Part shown: one piece after another, positions 27,692-36,018 of the stretch | Layout of the letters: the number at the start of each line of letters is the position of its first letter | Position numbering within the stretch: the stretch's first letter is position 1 | Virus record (IMG/VR): IMGVR_UViG_3300033064_003894 | Span: 64,001 to 128,000 of that record | DNA: 64,000 nt | Origin: a virus | Strand: one strand, 5' to 3' | Notes under the pieces: generated by a model | What the model saw: the letters and a program-made list of their open reading frames with translations, nothing else | The model's database searches: none | What the model was told of the DNA's origin: nothing | Translations under genes and position numbers: made by a program

Positions 27692-28525
27692 TTATTGTAT
27701 CAAAGTTCCAGACTTTACAACAAAACTTTCTTTTTCTAAAGATATCTTTTTATATGGATCAAATCTTCGTCCCTCTCCAATTGCGTGTATACCTACTGGG
27801 TTATTCGTAAGTAATGTAGTCAGGTGTGCAGTGTCAACAACTTCATGACTGTGACCATATATGCAGACATCAAAATAATTTAACAGTTCTTCGTTTATGT
27901 CTGCACAGAAAAAAGAGTTGAATCTAGAGTCTGGACCAGTTTTATACATATCATGAGTGCATCTGTAAGATGGCAGGAAATGCGACAAAAGAACCTTATG
28001 TTTATAATTACAAACTTCGTGTTTTCTGAACTGATCAATAGAGTTGCAGGCAATTTGGTGAAGCTCTCTAATTGAAGAAGCTCTAAATCTTGCATTCATG
28101 TATTTTATCTGTCTAAAATCCTGAATTCTAGAAACAATATCATACTCTTGAACTGGGTCTTTAAGTCCAGACCATAAGGTGGTTCCAAAAACAACTATGT
28201 TTTTATCAATAGAGCACGAGCTATTATTTAAAATTTTAATCCTTCCTTTATGGTTGGAAGAATTGAATTTCTTAATAATATGGTTAGTAGGCTCTATTCC
28301 TCTTTTGTAGTATTCGTGGTTTCCTGGGACAAAGATAAGCTTCCTGTATTTGTATTTCTTCTGAATGCTCTCTATGTACGGTATGCTTACTTTTATATCA
28401 TTTGAGACGTCTCCGACTACAGCTAAAATGTCGGCAGATTTCTCGATAGAGAAGTCTCGCCGCTTTTTTCCTATAAACTCATTGTAGTCAACGTGAATAT
28501 CAGAGATGTATTGGATGTCAGTCAT
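27692..28525 (-). CDS. calcineurin-like metallophosphoesterase
   Basis: ISDIH, VGD, PGNHE, HFLP, YGHSH; start moved to ATG 28525 because the longer ORF overlaps a tRNA. Confidence 0.9.
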   Translation of the reverse strand: MTDIQYISDIHVDYNEFIGKKRRDFSIEKSADILAVVGDVSNDIKVSIPYIESIQKKYKYRKLIFVPGNHEYYKRGIEPTNHIIKKFNSSNHKGRIKILNNSSCSIDKNIVVFGTTLWSGLKDPVQEYDIVSRIQDFRQIKYMNARFRASSIRELHQIACNSIDQFRKHEVCNYKHKVLLSHFLPSYRCTHDMYKTGPDSRFNSFFCADINEELLNYFDVCIYGHSHEVVDTAHLTTLLTNNPVGIHAIGEGRRFDPYKKISLEKESFVVKSGTLIQ

Positions 28526-28531
28526 GATTGA

Positions 28532-28608
28532 TGGTAGTGGAGGACGGAGTCGAACCGACACTGTCAGGCTCCTAAAGCCTGTTTCTCTTCCATTTGGAAT
28601 ACTCCACC
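28532..28608 (-). tRNA. tRNA-Leu(TAG), short variable loop
   Basis: CAGGC-TT TAG GA-GCCTG; GGTTCGACTCC; CCA. Confidence 0.85.
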
Positions 28609-28652
28609 ATTGCCAGTTGATTAATTATACCAAATTATATACAATCGTTTAG

Positions 28653-29300
28653 ATGAAAGAGTCATTCATACAGATAGGGGCAGGAGCTGGAGATTTAGAC
28701 CCGCGTGCAAATTATAGAGACGGGTTCACTGAAACTGTGAAAGGTATTCCACGAGACAAAATCGATAAAATAATTTTAGTTGAACCAAATCCAATAAATA
28801 TTCCACTTCTGAAAGAGTGCTGGAAAGAGTATCCAGAGGCGGAAATTTATGAGATCGGGATAGTCCCAAAAGAATTTGGAGACAAAAACCTTATACTATA
28901 TTATTGCCCAAGCGACGCCCCTCATTATCAGGTTGCGTCTATAAAAAAGGAGCATGTTAAAAAGCATTATGGAGAGAATTGTACACTAAAGGAATTCACT
29001 ATAAAGACAAGGCACCTTGAAGAGTTCATTTCTGAAGCCGCCGGGTCCGCAAGTATTGGAATATTAGCTCTTGATATAGAAGGAATTGATGCTGAAGTTG
29101 TTCTAGAAATGAAATTTGGGTTCAATTTGAGATATCTATCATTTGAGGACACACACCTTGGAAATGACAAAGAGCGCGTAATTAAGCACTTATGTGATAG
29201 TGGTTTCAGGTATTCTGGCACTGGCCTTGACCACAGAGGGTTAGATTCTTTATATGTTAATGAAAAGTGTGATAAGAAAAATTTGCTTATAATACGATAA
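28653..29300 (+). CDS. FkbM-family methyltransferase
   Basis: FIQIGAGAGD, ILVEPNP, LALDIEGID. Confidence 0.85.
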   Translation: MKESFIQIGAGAGDLDPRANYRDGFTETVKGIPRDKIDKIILVEPNPINIPLLKECWKEYPEAEIYEIGIVPKEFGDKNLILYYCPSDAPHYQVASIKKEHVKKHYGENCTLKEFTIKTRHLEEFISEAAGSASIGILALDIEGIDAEVVLEMKFGFNLRYLSFEDTHLGNDKERVIKHLCDSGFRYSGTGLDHRGLDSLYVNEKCDKKNLLIIR

Positions 29301-29339
29301 ATTTGTGGATTGTTAGTTATTAAATAGTAAACTGCTTCT

Positions 29340-29903
29340 ATGAGGTTCACAAACAACTGGTTTGACTGCAGCGCGAATAATTTTATTAAGTTCCTGTCGC
29401 CACATAAAGGTGAGCCTGGTATTAAATATTTAGAAATAGGGTCTTATGAGGGCAGGAGCGCTCTAAGCATTGCTGATCATATACTTACTGGATTAGGTAG
29501 TGAGATTCATTGCGTAGACACATTTGAAGGTTCAATCGAGCACACAGAAAAACAAAAGGATTCTCTATATGATAGGTTTATGAATAACCTAAAAGGCTCA
29601 GGCATTAAAAACGTTACTGTTCACAAGATGACTAGTAGAGAGTACTGGATGAACAATAATGAGATGTTCGATTTTATATATATAGATGGAGACCACAATT
29701 CGTGTACAGTAATAGAGGACGCAATGTGTGCATGGCAGAGAATAAAGCCAGGAGGCGTAATAGCGTTTCATGATTACGAAGGAGGCGGCGAGCCAATATG
29801 CACACCAAAGCCAGCGATTGATTTCTTTTTGCTGTCACATTATGGCAAGTATGATTTGCTGCTGAAGGGATACCAGGTTTGGGTAAGAAGGAAAATTCTA
29901 TAG
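29340..29903 (+). CDS. class I SAM methyltransferase (Methyltransf_24-like)
   Basis: YLEIGSYEGRS, CVDTF, FDFIYIDGDH, KPGGVIAFHDY. Confidence 0.9.
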   Translation: MRFTNNWFDCSANNFIKFLSPHKGEPGIKYLEIGSYEGRSALSIADHILTGLGSEIHCVDTFEGSIEHTEKQKDSLYDRFMNNLKGSGIKNVTVHKMTSREYWMNNNEMFDFIYIDGDHNSCTVIEDAMCAWQRIKPGGVIAFHDYEGGGEPICTPKPAIDFFLLSHYGKYDLLLKGYQVWVRRKIL

Positions 29904-30314
29904 GTCTATAAAGACAACGTCTTTGCCTTGATTAAGGCTAATATTAAGAATCTTGTAAGCTCTATGTCGATTGCGTCTATTTATAAAGACAACAACAGAA
30001 AGGTTAAGTAAAATGGAAGAGAATGGCTCATAATGAGAAGGAGCTGTTGGTGGCCTTATCTTAAAAAGTGTGAAATGTTTGTTGCAGGAGTGTTTTACCA
30101 CAAAAAATCTTAAACTGTAGGCATTTAATAGTTCTTTATATGAACTGGCATAGACAAATATGTCGCACTGTGACATGAGGATTCTGTATGATAAAACCAT
30201 ATTATGGTTTCTTTCTGAACATGCTTCGCCAAGTCCTGTAATAAGACGAATTCCTTTATTACAGACGTTGAAATCATGGAGATATTTTAGTAGAGTGGCA
30301 GTCATTATTTTCAT
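29898..30314 (-). CDS. hypothetical protein
   Basis: 138-aa ORF, no motif. Confidence 0.4.
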   Translation of the reverse strand: MKIMTATLLKYLHDFNVCNKGIRLITGLGEACSERNHNMVLSYRILMSQCDIFVYASSYKELLNAYSLRFFVVKHSCNKHFTLFKIRPPTAPSHYEPFSSILLNLSVVVFINRRNRHRAYKILNISLNQGKDVVFIDL

Positions 30315-30344
30315 TCGAAGTTACGAAAAATAATAGATATATTT

Positions 30345-30932
30345 TTATATAGGCAGACTATTTCTGTATACAGAGTCAGTCGTAAAGTGATCAATGTTTA
30401 CGCAAAGTCTGTTTCTGCACGTAAGGTATATAAATCTGTATTTCTTTCTATTGTCCCACCAGTTAAACTTTTCAGCAACAGCATGACGAACAGGTCCGTT
30501 TCTTATTGCTTTAGCTGTGCAAGATGGAGACCCATGTGTAAGGCTTCCAGTCCAAATAAGACATTTGCCATCTTTCTTTGTATGTCTTTTCATCATATCT
30601 TCGAACGACATAACTTTTAAATGTCGTCCGTCTATCTTTTCTATCTCAAGAGCCTTCTTCTTTTGATAATAAGCCCTATCATTTCTCTTTTTAGCATAGG
30701 ATTCTCTGCACTCAGGACAAAGCCTAAGATTTCTCCTATTAAATGATGCGCTCGTATACTTCTTTTTGCACCCGATTGTTGTACAGTCATGATATGAAAT
30801 AAGTTCAGAACCTTTTTCTTTGTTGTTTGTGCAAACAATACACAAGTCATCTTCTACAATATATCTAGTTAGTCGGCATCCTTCGCAATATCCAATTTTA
30901 AGATCTGGCTTGACTTCAAGTTCTTCGGTCAT
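30345..30932 (-). CDS. Cys-rich protein with HNH-like zinc-binding loop
   Basis: CLIWTGS...TCRNRLCVNIDHF; several N-terminal CxxC. Confidence 0.6.
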   Translation of the reverse strand: MTEELEVKPDLKIGYCEGCRLTRYIVEDDLCIVCTNNKEKGSELISYHDCTTIGCKKKYTSASFNRRNLRLCPECRESYAKKRNDRAYYQKKKALEIEKIDGRHLKVMSFEDMMKRHTKKDGKCLIWTGSLTHGSPSCTAKAIRNGPVRHAVAEKFNWWDNRKKYRFIYLTCRNRLCVNIDHFTTDSVYRNSLPI

Positions 30933-30948
30933 GATTTCTTATTGTTGG

Positions 30949-31024
30949 TGGTATGTGGGCCGGGACTCGAACCCGGACTAAGAGATTCAAAATATCTGGT
31001 GCTGACCAATTACACTACTCACAT
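30949..31024 (-). tRNA. tRNA-Gln(TTG)
   Basis: Loop TT TTG AA; CCGGG-TTCGAGT-CCCGG; CCA; one mismatch each in acceptor and anticodon stems. Confidence 0.78.
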
Positions 31025-31038
31025 TTAGTTTGGTAAGG

Positions 31039-31116
31039 TGGTAGGGGTGGTCGGATTCGAACCGACACTGTACGAATCTTAAGTTCGTTGCCTGCTGCCA
31101 ATTGGGCTACACCCCC
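31039..31116 (-). tRNA. tRNA-Leu(TAA), short variable loop
   Basis: ACGAA-CT TAA GA-TTCGT; CCA. Confidence 0.88.
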
Positions 31117-31122
31117 AGTAAA

Positions 31123-31419
31123 CTAAGCCCTCTTCTTTAAACCACTATATGTATCTTTATTTATATATCTAACCATCTCGTTCCAAAGGATAATTCTTAA
31201 TGTTTGATCTCTCATAACGCCTCCAGTCTCAGAATTAGTCCAAGGAGTTTCATCAAATGGTTTAGCAGGTTTACGTATTAATGACCAGTAACGATTAGTA
31301 TAAACTAAATTTTTCATTAATATCCTTTTATATGTTACTTCTACTTCAATTTCGAGTAAAGATGACGTTTCCCCTACAGAAGCCTTAGTTACTTTAGTTA
31401 CTTTATAAGACGTCTTCAT
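31123..31419 (-). CDS. hypothetical protein
   Basis: 98-aa ORF coupled (ATGA) to nadV. Confidence 0.55.
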   Translation of the reverse strand: MKTSYKVTKVTKASVGETSSLLEIEVEVTYKRILMKNLVYTNRYWSLIRKPAKPFDETPWTNSETGGVMRDQTLRIILWNEMVRYINKDTYSGLKKRA

Positions 31420-32801
31420 TGTGCGGATATTTTTCTTATGTCTTCAAAAGACTGATCTACAAGAAGCCTTCCGTTTTGGTAAACAGTAACAAGCTGTGCG
31501 TCCATGTCAGGGATGCCTTCTCTTCCGGTTTGGTATTTTCCTTGAACTTTGTAAAGCTCAAGACGTCCCTTTTTCGAGTTCTTGCTCTGGTCACTATGTG
31601 GGCGCTTGAAGACGTCGAAACCTTTACCATCACGCTCAGTGTAGCTTGCCTTAAAGGCGAACCTTTGAGTGTCACGATCAACCTTTTGAAGAAGTCCACC
31701 ACCCATCCCAAATGACCAGTTCTCAATAGCAAACCCTTTAAGCGTCATCTCTCTAATGAACTCACGTATGCTATCGAAATTCATTCCATCTCCTTGAATA
31801 ATCCTTATGTAAGGAGGAAGCACTTTATGGCCCGTTGGGTTTTTTGTGTACCCAAACTTATTCATGAGAGCTTCTACGATAAAGGTGTTCACTTCAGTGA
31901 TATGTCCGCTGTCAGGTCTAATTACAACACGACCGTCTCTAGCTTTCACTTGCTCAGCGAGCTCACCACACCAGAAGTCAGAAACAGCTTTCTTGATGTC
32001 CCACGAGTCAGAGACTATAGAGACAATACCTTTCGGGTAAACATTTAGCATGTTCTTGAAGGCCTCAAGCTCTCCGTGCTCACCCCAAGAGGTCATGGTC
32101 GAGTGTTCAGACGCTGGAACGCTGTATCCAGCTACCTGCTCTCCGTAGTAATCTTTTAGAAGCTTTAAGGCCGGAAGATTGTCAGTTCCACGAAAGTTCA
32201 CTAAGTGAGAAGCTCCTCCAATCCCTGCGGCTTCCATCGTAGTAGCGCCACGACATCCAAAGTCATGAAGCATAAACATTAGAGTATCCTCTATGTTTAC
32301 GCACCCAGTCGACTTCAATGCATCTCTAAGGATCTTTTTGATGTAGTACGACTGCGTTCCGACGGTAGAACTGTACCACGACTGCACCAGGAGAGTTTCC
32401 AGGAAGCTGGTAAGCCAGAAGCACTTAGGATCGGTATTCTCTACCGTCATAAGAACGTTGCTCTGTGGGATCACTGAGCCCTCTGGTACGGCCATTATTC
32501 TTACTGGAAGTTGTCCACCATGGTTTTTCAATATATGCTTCCAGCCTTTAATATTAAAATGTGAATCATCTCCGAAATGTCCCTTAGACATATCAGAAGC
32601 TTCTTGTATTTCAACTTCTGTTACTACTTGCCCAAGCATGTAACGTTTTAGAATATACTGTAGTCCAAAGAAAAGAGTGTTTGGGAACTTAGCTCCTTGC
32701 CTTGATTCGAAATAAGAGTAAATCTTTGTAGTACCATGAGGGTATTGTTTGTCGTGAGTAAGCTTATAGCTGTCACTAAACAGTATGATGTTGTCTTTCA
32801 T
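31416..32801 (-). CDS. nadV: nicotinamide phosphoribosyltransferase (NAMPT/NadV)
   Basis: DSYKLTH..QYP, LHDFGCRG, SVPASEHS, SDSWD, IRPDSG, IIQGDG, FGMGGGLLQKVDRDT. Confidence 0.95.
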   Translation of the reverse strand: MKDNIILFSDSYKLTHDKQYPHGTTKIYSYFESRQGAKFPNTLFFGLQYILKRYMLGQVVTEVEIQEASDMSKGHFGDDSHFNIKGWKHILKNHGGQLPVRIMAVPEGSVIPQSNVLMTVENTDPKCFWLTSFLETLLVQSWYSSTVGTQSYYIKKILRDALKSTGCVNIEDTLMFMLHDFGCRGATTMEAAGIGGASHLVNFRGTDNLPALKLLKDYYGEQVAGYSVPASEHSTMTSWGEHGELEAFKNMLNVYPKGIVSIVSDSWDIKKAVSDFWCGELAEQVKARDGRVVIRPDSGHITEVNTFIVEALMNKFGYTKNPTGHKVLPPYIRIIQGDGMNFDSIREFIREMTLKGFAIENWSFGMGGGLLQKVDRDTQRFAFKASYTERDGKGFDVFKRPHSDQSKNSKKGRLELYKVQGKYQTGREGIPDMDAQLVTVYQNGRLLVDQSFEDIRKISAQ

Positions 32802-32806
32802 CGAAC

Positions 32807-33724
32807 TTATTGGCGTATGATTGAATTAAGCACAAGCTTAACTATTGGTTTATGCTGGTCTATAATCAAATTATCTAAATCCTCAAGCTTAAATAGTCCA
32901 GCATCGCAAATATCGTCATCGGCATACGGCTTTCCAAAAGAAAAATCAAATACAAAAACTGAAGACATTATTTTATCTTCCTCTTTCCTGTATCTCCAGT
33001 CTGTAGTTAAAAAGCTTCCAACATATCTTCCTGGAGGATGCACACCAATCCCTTTAACCTCTTCGCTTAGTTCTCTTGCGGCAGCGGATTCAAGGCTTTT
33101 ATCTGTAGGAGAAACGAATCCTCCCGGAAACCTCCATTTATCTTTAGGGTCTGTGTGTTTTTTGCAAAGAACAATGCTGTTATTATTCACATCAATTACT
33201 GCACAATCTACAGCTTGATACGCAACAGCATATCTTTGGAAAGAAGAATAAATAACGCCGCGTCTAAATTCAGAAGAAGATCTTACTTCATTAGAAACAA
33301 AATCTCTCATTTCTGTTCCAGAAATCTTGTAAGAATCCTCTAGCTCAACAACAGTGTGTTTCCCTTTGTAATGAGAAATGAAGCTATCCCTTGAACCGTA
33401 TAGAGTGACAGAAAGGTTCCCGCCAACTATTTCTCTAATCTTATTGTCAAGCTGATTGCTCCAGTCTTCATCAGATGGCATATCGATAACGTGTGAAACA
33501 TAAATGTTTGGATATTCATAAATAAGCATTTGCTGACGAGTTAGAAAATCTAGTGGATTTTGTCTTGTACCAAAAATATCAGGTGCTGACCCAATAAAAA
33601 TAACTACCTTTCTATGTCTTACAAGGGCAGAGTCAATGATTTCTTTATGTCCGTCATGTAGTTCATGTACTTGAAATCTTCCAATAATCACCCCTACGTC
33701 AGTTTTTGGAATTTTGACTTTCAT
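32807..33724 (-). CDS. nadM: bifunctional NMN adenylyltransferase / Nudix hydrolase
   Basis: IGRFQVHELHDGH, NPL, ISGTEMR; Nudix box PGGFV..D.SLESAAARELSEE. Confidence 0.92.
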   Translation of the reverse strand: MKVKIPKTDVGVIIGRFQVHELHDGHKEIIDSALVRHRKVVIFIGSAPDIFGTRQNPLDFLTRQQMLIYEYPNIYVSHVIDMPSDEDWSNQLDNKIREIVGGNLSVTLYGSRDSFISHYKGKHTVVELEDSYKISGTEMRDFVSNEVRSSSEFRRGVIYSSFQRYAVAYQAVDCAVIDVNNNSIVLCKKHTDPKDKWRFPGGFVSPTDKSLESAAARELSEEVKGIGVHPPGRYVGSFLTTDWRYRKEEDKIMSSVFVFDFSFGKPYADDDICDAGLFKLEDLDNLIIDQHKPIVKLVLNSIIRQ

Positions 33725-33726
33725 GA

Positions 33727-33996
33727 TTATCTATTTTTAATTAGTTTAGCAATCAAGATTGGCCAAAATATGACTAATATGATTTCTTTTCTCATTCCAG
33801 ACTCATATATTCTCTCTTCTTCTCCTTCATCATTAATAACTTTCTTTGTTACTCTGGAGTCCACATCAAATAAGAAATTGAGACTTACATTAAAAATCAT
33901 TCCTAGTGCAATATAAACAATCAAAATCAGAAGTAGGGTTGCCATTTTGTATGGGTTGGTATTGGTTGGTATTGGCACACGGTTAAGTACGCCCAA
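33727..33996 (-). CDS. small membrane protein
   Basis: Two hydrophobic segments, IFWPIL. Confidence 0.55.
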   Translation of the reverse strand: MGVLNRVPIPTNTNPYKMATLLLILIVYIALGMIFNVSLNFLFDVDSRVTKKVINDEGEEERIYESGMRKEIILVIFWPILIAKLIKNR

Positions 33997-33999
33997 TGC

Positions 34000-34626
34000 T
34001 CAGACAGACCGAATAATCTCTTCAGCGTATTTGGTCTTAATTGCCAGCTTGCTTTTCTCTACCCACATATGCTCAATTTCCTCGTATTCCACCAAGAACC
34101 AGTTGGTACCAATGTAACTAAGGTAAAGACGGTCTCTGTTGAGTGCGTAAGAAGTTACTGGATCCTTCTCAGGCTTTTTACGATTCTTGCATCGAAGGTT
34201 GCCGTAGTAGTCGATATCGGGACATTCAAGAAGAATGCCTTCTTCGTCCGTGTAGAAGCTAGATCGGTAAAAAGCCCTTTTACCATTAATAATACGGTAG
34301 TTCACGTATCTCTTAACGTGCTCCCTAAGATGAAAGCCACGAATGCTTCGGTTGCTGCAGGATTCGCAAATTTCCTTCCAAACATCATCCCACTTCCTTC
34401 CACAGTTATTTTCCAAGAACCTGTAAAGAGGCGTGAGTCTGTCTGCCATACCTTTTTTGGAACTCAAGCCGCATGAGTAAGGAAAACGCATGCCTTCTTT
34501 GGTGAAGTTGAATGCATCTTCGTCGTAATCCACAGAACGAATTTTCTTTCTGCGAACCATTTTGTACCCGCCGTATCCGTAGACGCGGCCAGTATCGATG
34601 ATCACGTGTTTCATGTCTTGTCTCAT
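34000..34626 (-). CDS. conserved-looking hypothetical protein
   Basis: MRQDMKHVI...PLYRFLENNCGRKWDDVWKEIC...HLREHV; preceded by GAGG and a uORF. Confidence 0.65.
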   Translation of the reverse strand: MRQDMKHVIIDTGRVYGYGGYKMVRRKKIRSVDYDEDAFNFTKEGMRFPYSCGLSSKKGMADRLTPLYRFLENNCGRKWDDVWKEICESCSNRSIRGFHLREHVKRYVNYRIINGKRAFYRSSFYTDEEGILLECPDIDYYGNLRCKNRKKPEKDPVTSYALNRDRLYLSYIGTNWFLVEYEEIEHMWVEKSKLAIKTKYAEEIIRSV

Positions 34627-34632
34627 GTTACC

Positions 34633-34662
34633 TCAAATTACTGTAATCATGTGTACCTCCTT
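34633..34662 (-). promoter_or_regulatory. strong Shine-Dalgarno plus 5-codon uORF MITVI*
   Basis: AAGGAGGT-ACAC-ATG ATT ACA GTA ATT TGA-GGTAAC-ATG. Confidence 0.55.
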
Positions 34663-34795
34663 TGTTTGAGTTAATGGAAAGCGGGACGGATTTTGTTCCA
34701 GGCTCCGTCCCTATTTTACCTTCTTCTTGACCAGCACTAAAATTGACTGAGAGATTGGTGGGGGAGGTGGGACTTGAACCCACGACCAACGAATT

Positions 34796-35245
34796 CACAT
34801 TTGTGTTGGTTTCCCAACTCTGTGGACTATTTCACACCCGTCGACTTTACGTTACGGGCCGGGTTGTTATTTCCGGTAATTAAGAAGACTGTACTTCTCC
34901 GGTAGTCTCTGAACCTTCAAGCGGTGTACCGCAAGATTGGCTGCAGATTGCCATTTCCGATAAGTTATAAGAAGTCATCCATTTTTTTATGGCTGCATGA
35001 CTTACTCCAAACATTTTCCCAACTTTGTTGAACGAGTTTTCATTAAGAAGATTTGTAAGTTCCTCTCTTGATGGACGATCAACTTTTCTGGAATGTATCC
35101 TGTAGCACTGAACGGAGCAGAACTCTCTCTGTCTTCGCTGCAATGTAGACCCACAGTGACACCTTTCTGTTACCTTATCGACTTTAGGTTTCCTGCAATT
35201 AAACCCGATCCCAACGGATCTTTCGAGTCCATTGGCACCTAGCTG
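34796..35245 (-). mobile_element. group I intron (450 nt) at tRNA position 36/37
   Basis: 5' exon ends in U, intron ends in G; IGS GTG; P AATTGCAGGAAA, Q AATCTGCAG, R GTTCAGAGACTA, S AAATAGTCC; P3 CGGGTT/AACCCG. Confidence 0.9.
34955..35180 (-). pseudogene. homing-endonuclease remnant (Zn/HTH C-terminal part) inside the intron
   Basis: FCSVQC..RKVDRPSREELTNLL..VGKMFGVSHAAIKKW; no nuclease core; boundaries approximate. Confidence 0.6.
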
Positions 35246-35407
35246 ATGAGTTCGCTGCTCTAAACCAACTGAGCTACACCCCCATTTTTATTTAAGGGAA
35301 TGGCACGGGGTTTATCCGTAATTATTAGCCTACTTGGTTTGATTTTTCTAGAATATTACAAACGGTTCGCTATCTAACTGATTATCTAGTAATCACGCAT
35401 TCTTTTT

Positions 35408-35485
35408 TGGTACTCACATGTGGATTTGAACCACAGACATCCACCTTATCAGGATGGCGCTCTTACCGGGCTGAGCTATGTGAGT
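35408..35485 (-). tRNA. tRNA-Ile(GAT)
   Basis: CCATC-CT GAT AA-GGTGG; CCA. Confidence 0.92.
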
Positions 35486-35496
35486 TTGTTTTAAAA

Positions 35497-35607
35497 TCTT
35501 GCTATAGGATCTCTACAAGTGTCACAACATCCCCTCACCGACCCAGTTCCGGAACTAATCGTTTAGTTGGGTATGATTCTATTACCTGAGTCTCCTCTAT
35601 AGCAAGA
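35497..35607 (-). ncRNA. candidate structured ncRNA in the tRNA cluster
   Basis: 11-bp closing stem TCTTGCTATAG/CTATAGCAAGA; inner ACCCA/TGGGT stem and AACTAA-ACGA-TTAGTT hairpin; strand inferred from flanking tRNAs. Confidence 0.4.
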
Positions 35608-35617
35608 CTGCTCTGGA

Positions 35618-35635
35618 GCTGTATTATAATACAGC
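35618..35635. promoter_or_regulatory. perfect 18-bp palindrome matching a CTGT-N8-ACAG (LexA-type) box
   Basis: GCTGTATTATAATACAGC; contains TATAAT on both strands. Confidence 0.45.
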
Positions 35636-35642
35636 AATTGAT

Positions 35643-35718
35643 TGGTACCCTCTGCGGGAATTGAACCCAGCATCAGCTCCTTGAAAGGGAGCTATCCTGA
35701 CCGTTAGAAGAAGAGGGC
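35643..35718 (-). tRNA. tRNA-Glu(TTC)
   Basis: GCTCC-CT TTC AA-GGAGC; CCA. Confidence 0.88.
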
Positions 35719-35722
35719 ATTG

Positions 35723-35796
35723 CGTCCCCAGCATGAGTCGAACATGCGACCTACGATTTAGGAAACCGTCGCTCTATCCAACTGAGCTATGAGGAC
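35723..35796 (-). tRNA. tRNA-Arg(CCT)
   Basis: ACGGT-TT CCT AA-ATCGT; GGATAGAGC D-loop; CCA not encoded. Confidence 0.9.
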
Positions 35797-35806
35797 ATTT
35801 AATTAG

Positions 35807-35879
35807 TGAGACCAGCAGGGATCGAACCTGCGACATTCTGGTTAAGAGCCAGATACTCTACCAACTGAGTTATGGTCCC
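35807..35879 (-). tRNA. tRNA-Lys(CTT)
   Basis: TCTGG-CT CTT AA-CCAGA; CCA not encoded. Confidence 0.92.
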
Positions 35880-35881
35880 TG

Positions 35882-35955
35882 TACTATCGGCTGGACTCGA
35901 ACCAGCAACCTTTCGCATATGAAACGAATGCTCTATCCGGTTGAGCTACGATAGC
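35882..35955 (-). tRNA. tRNA with CAT anticodon (elongator Met or Ile2)
   Basis: TTCGT-TT CAT AT-GCGAA; CCA not encoded. Confidence 0.8.
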
Positions 35956-36018
35956 GTACTGTTAAAACTAACAGAAATGTAGTTGAGGAGGAGGCAGTTT
36001 AATGCCTCCCCCTATCAA

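Larger units (their letters stand above)
34756..35283 (-). tRNA. intron-split tRNA with CAT anticodon (Ile2 or Met); exons 35283-35246 and 34795-34756
   Basis: Joined exons give GGGGGTGTAGCTCAGTTGGTTTAGAGCAGCGAA-CTCAT|AA-TTCGTTGGTCGTGGGTTCAAGTCCCACCTCCCCCACCA. Confidence 0.9.

Noticed and set aside
27595-27810. ORFs 27595-27810, 35407-35589 and 39562-39825
   Set aside because: They overlap clear tRNA genes and are shadow translations
35284-35407. Additional tRNA-like element ending in CCA
   Set aside because: No T-loop or cloverleaf; only one short hairpin
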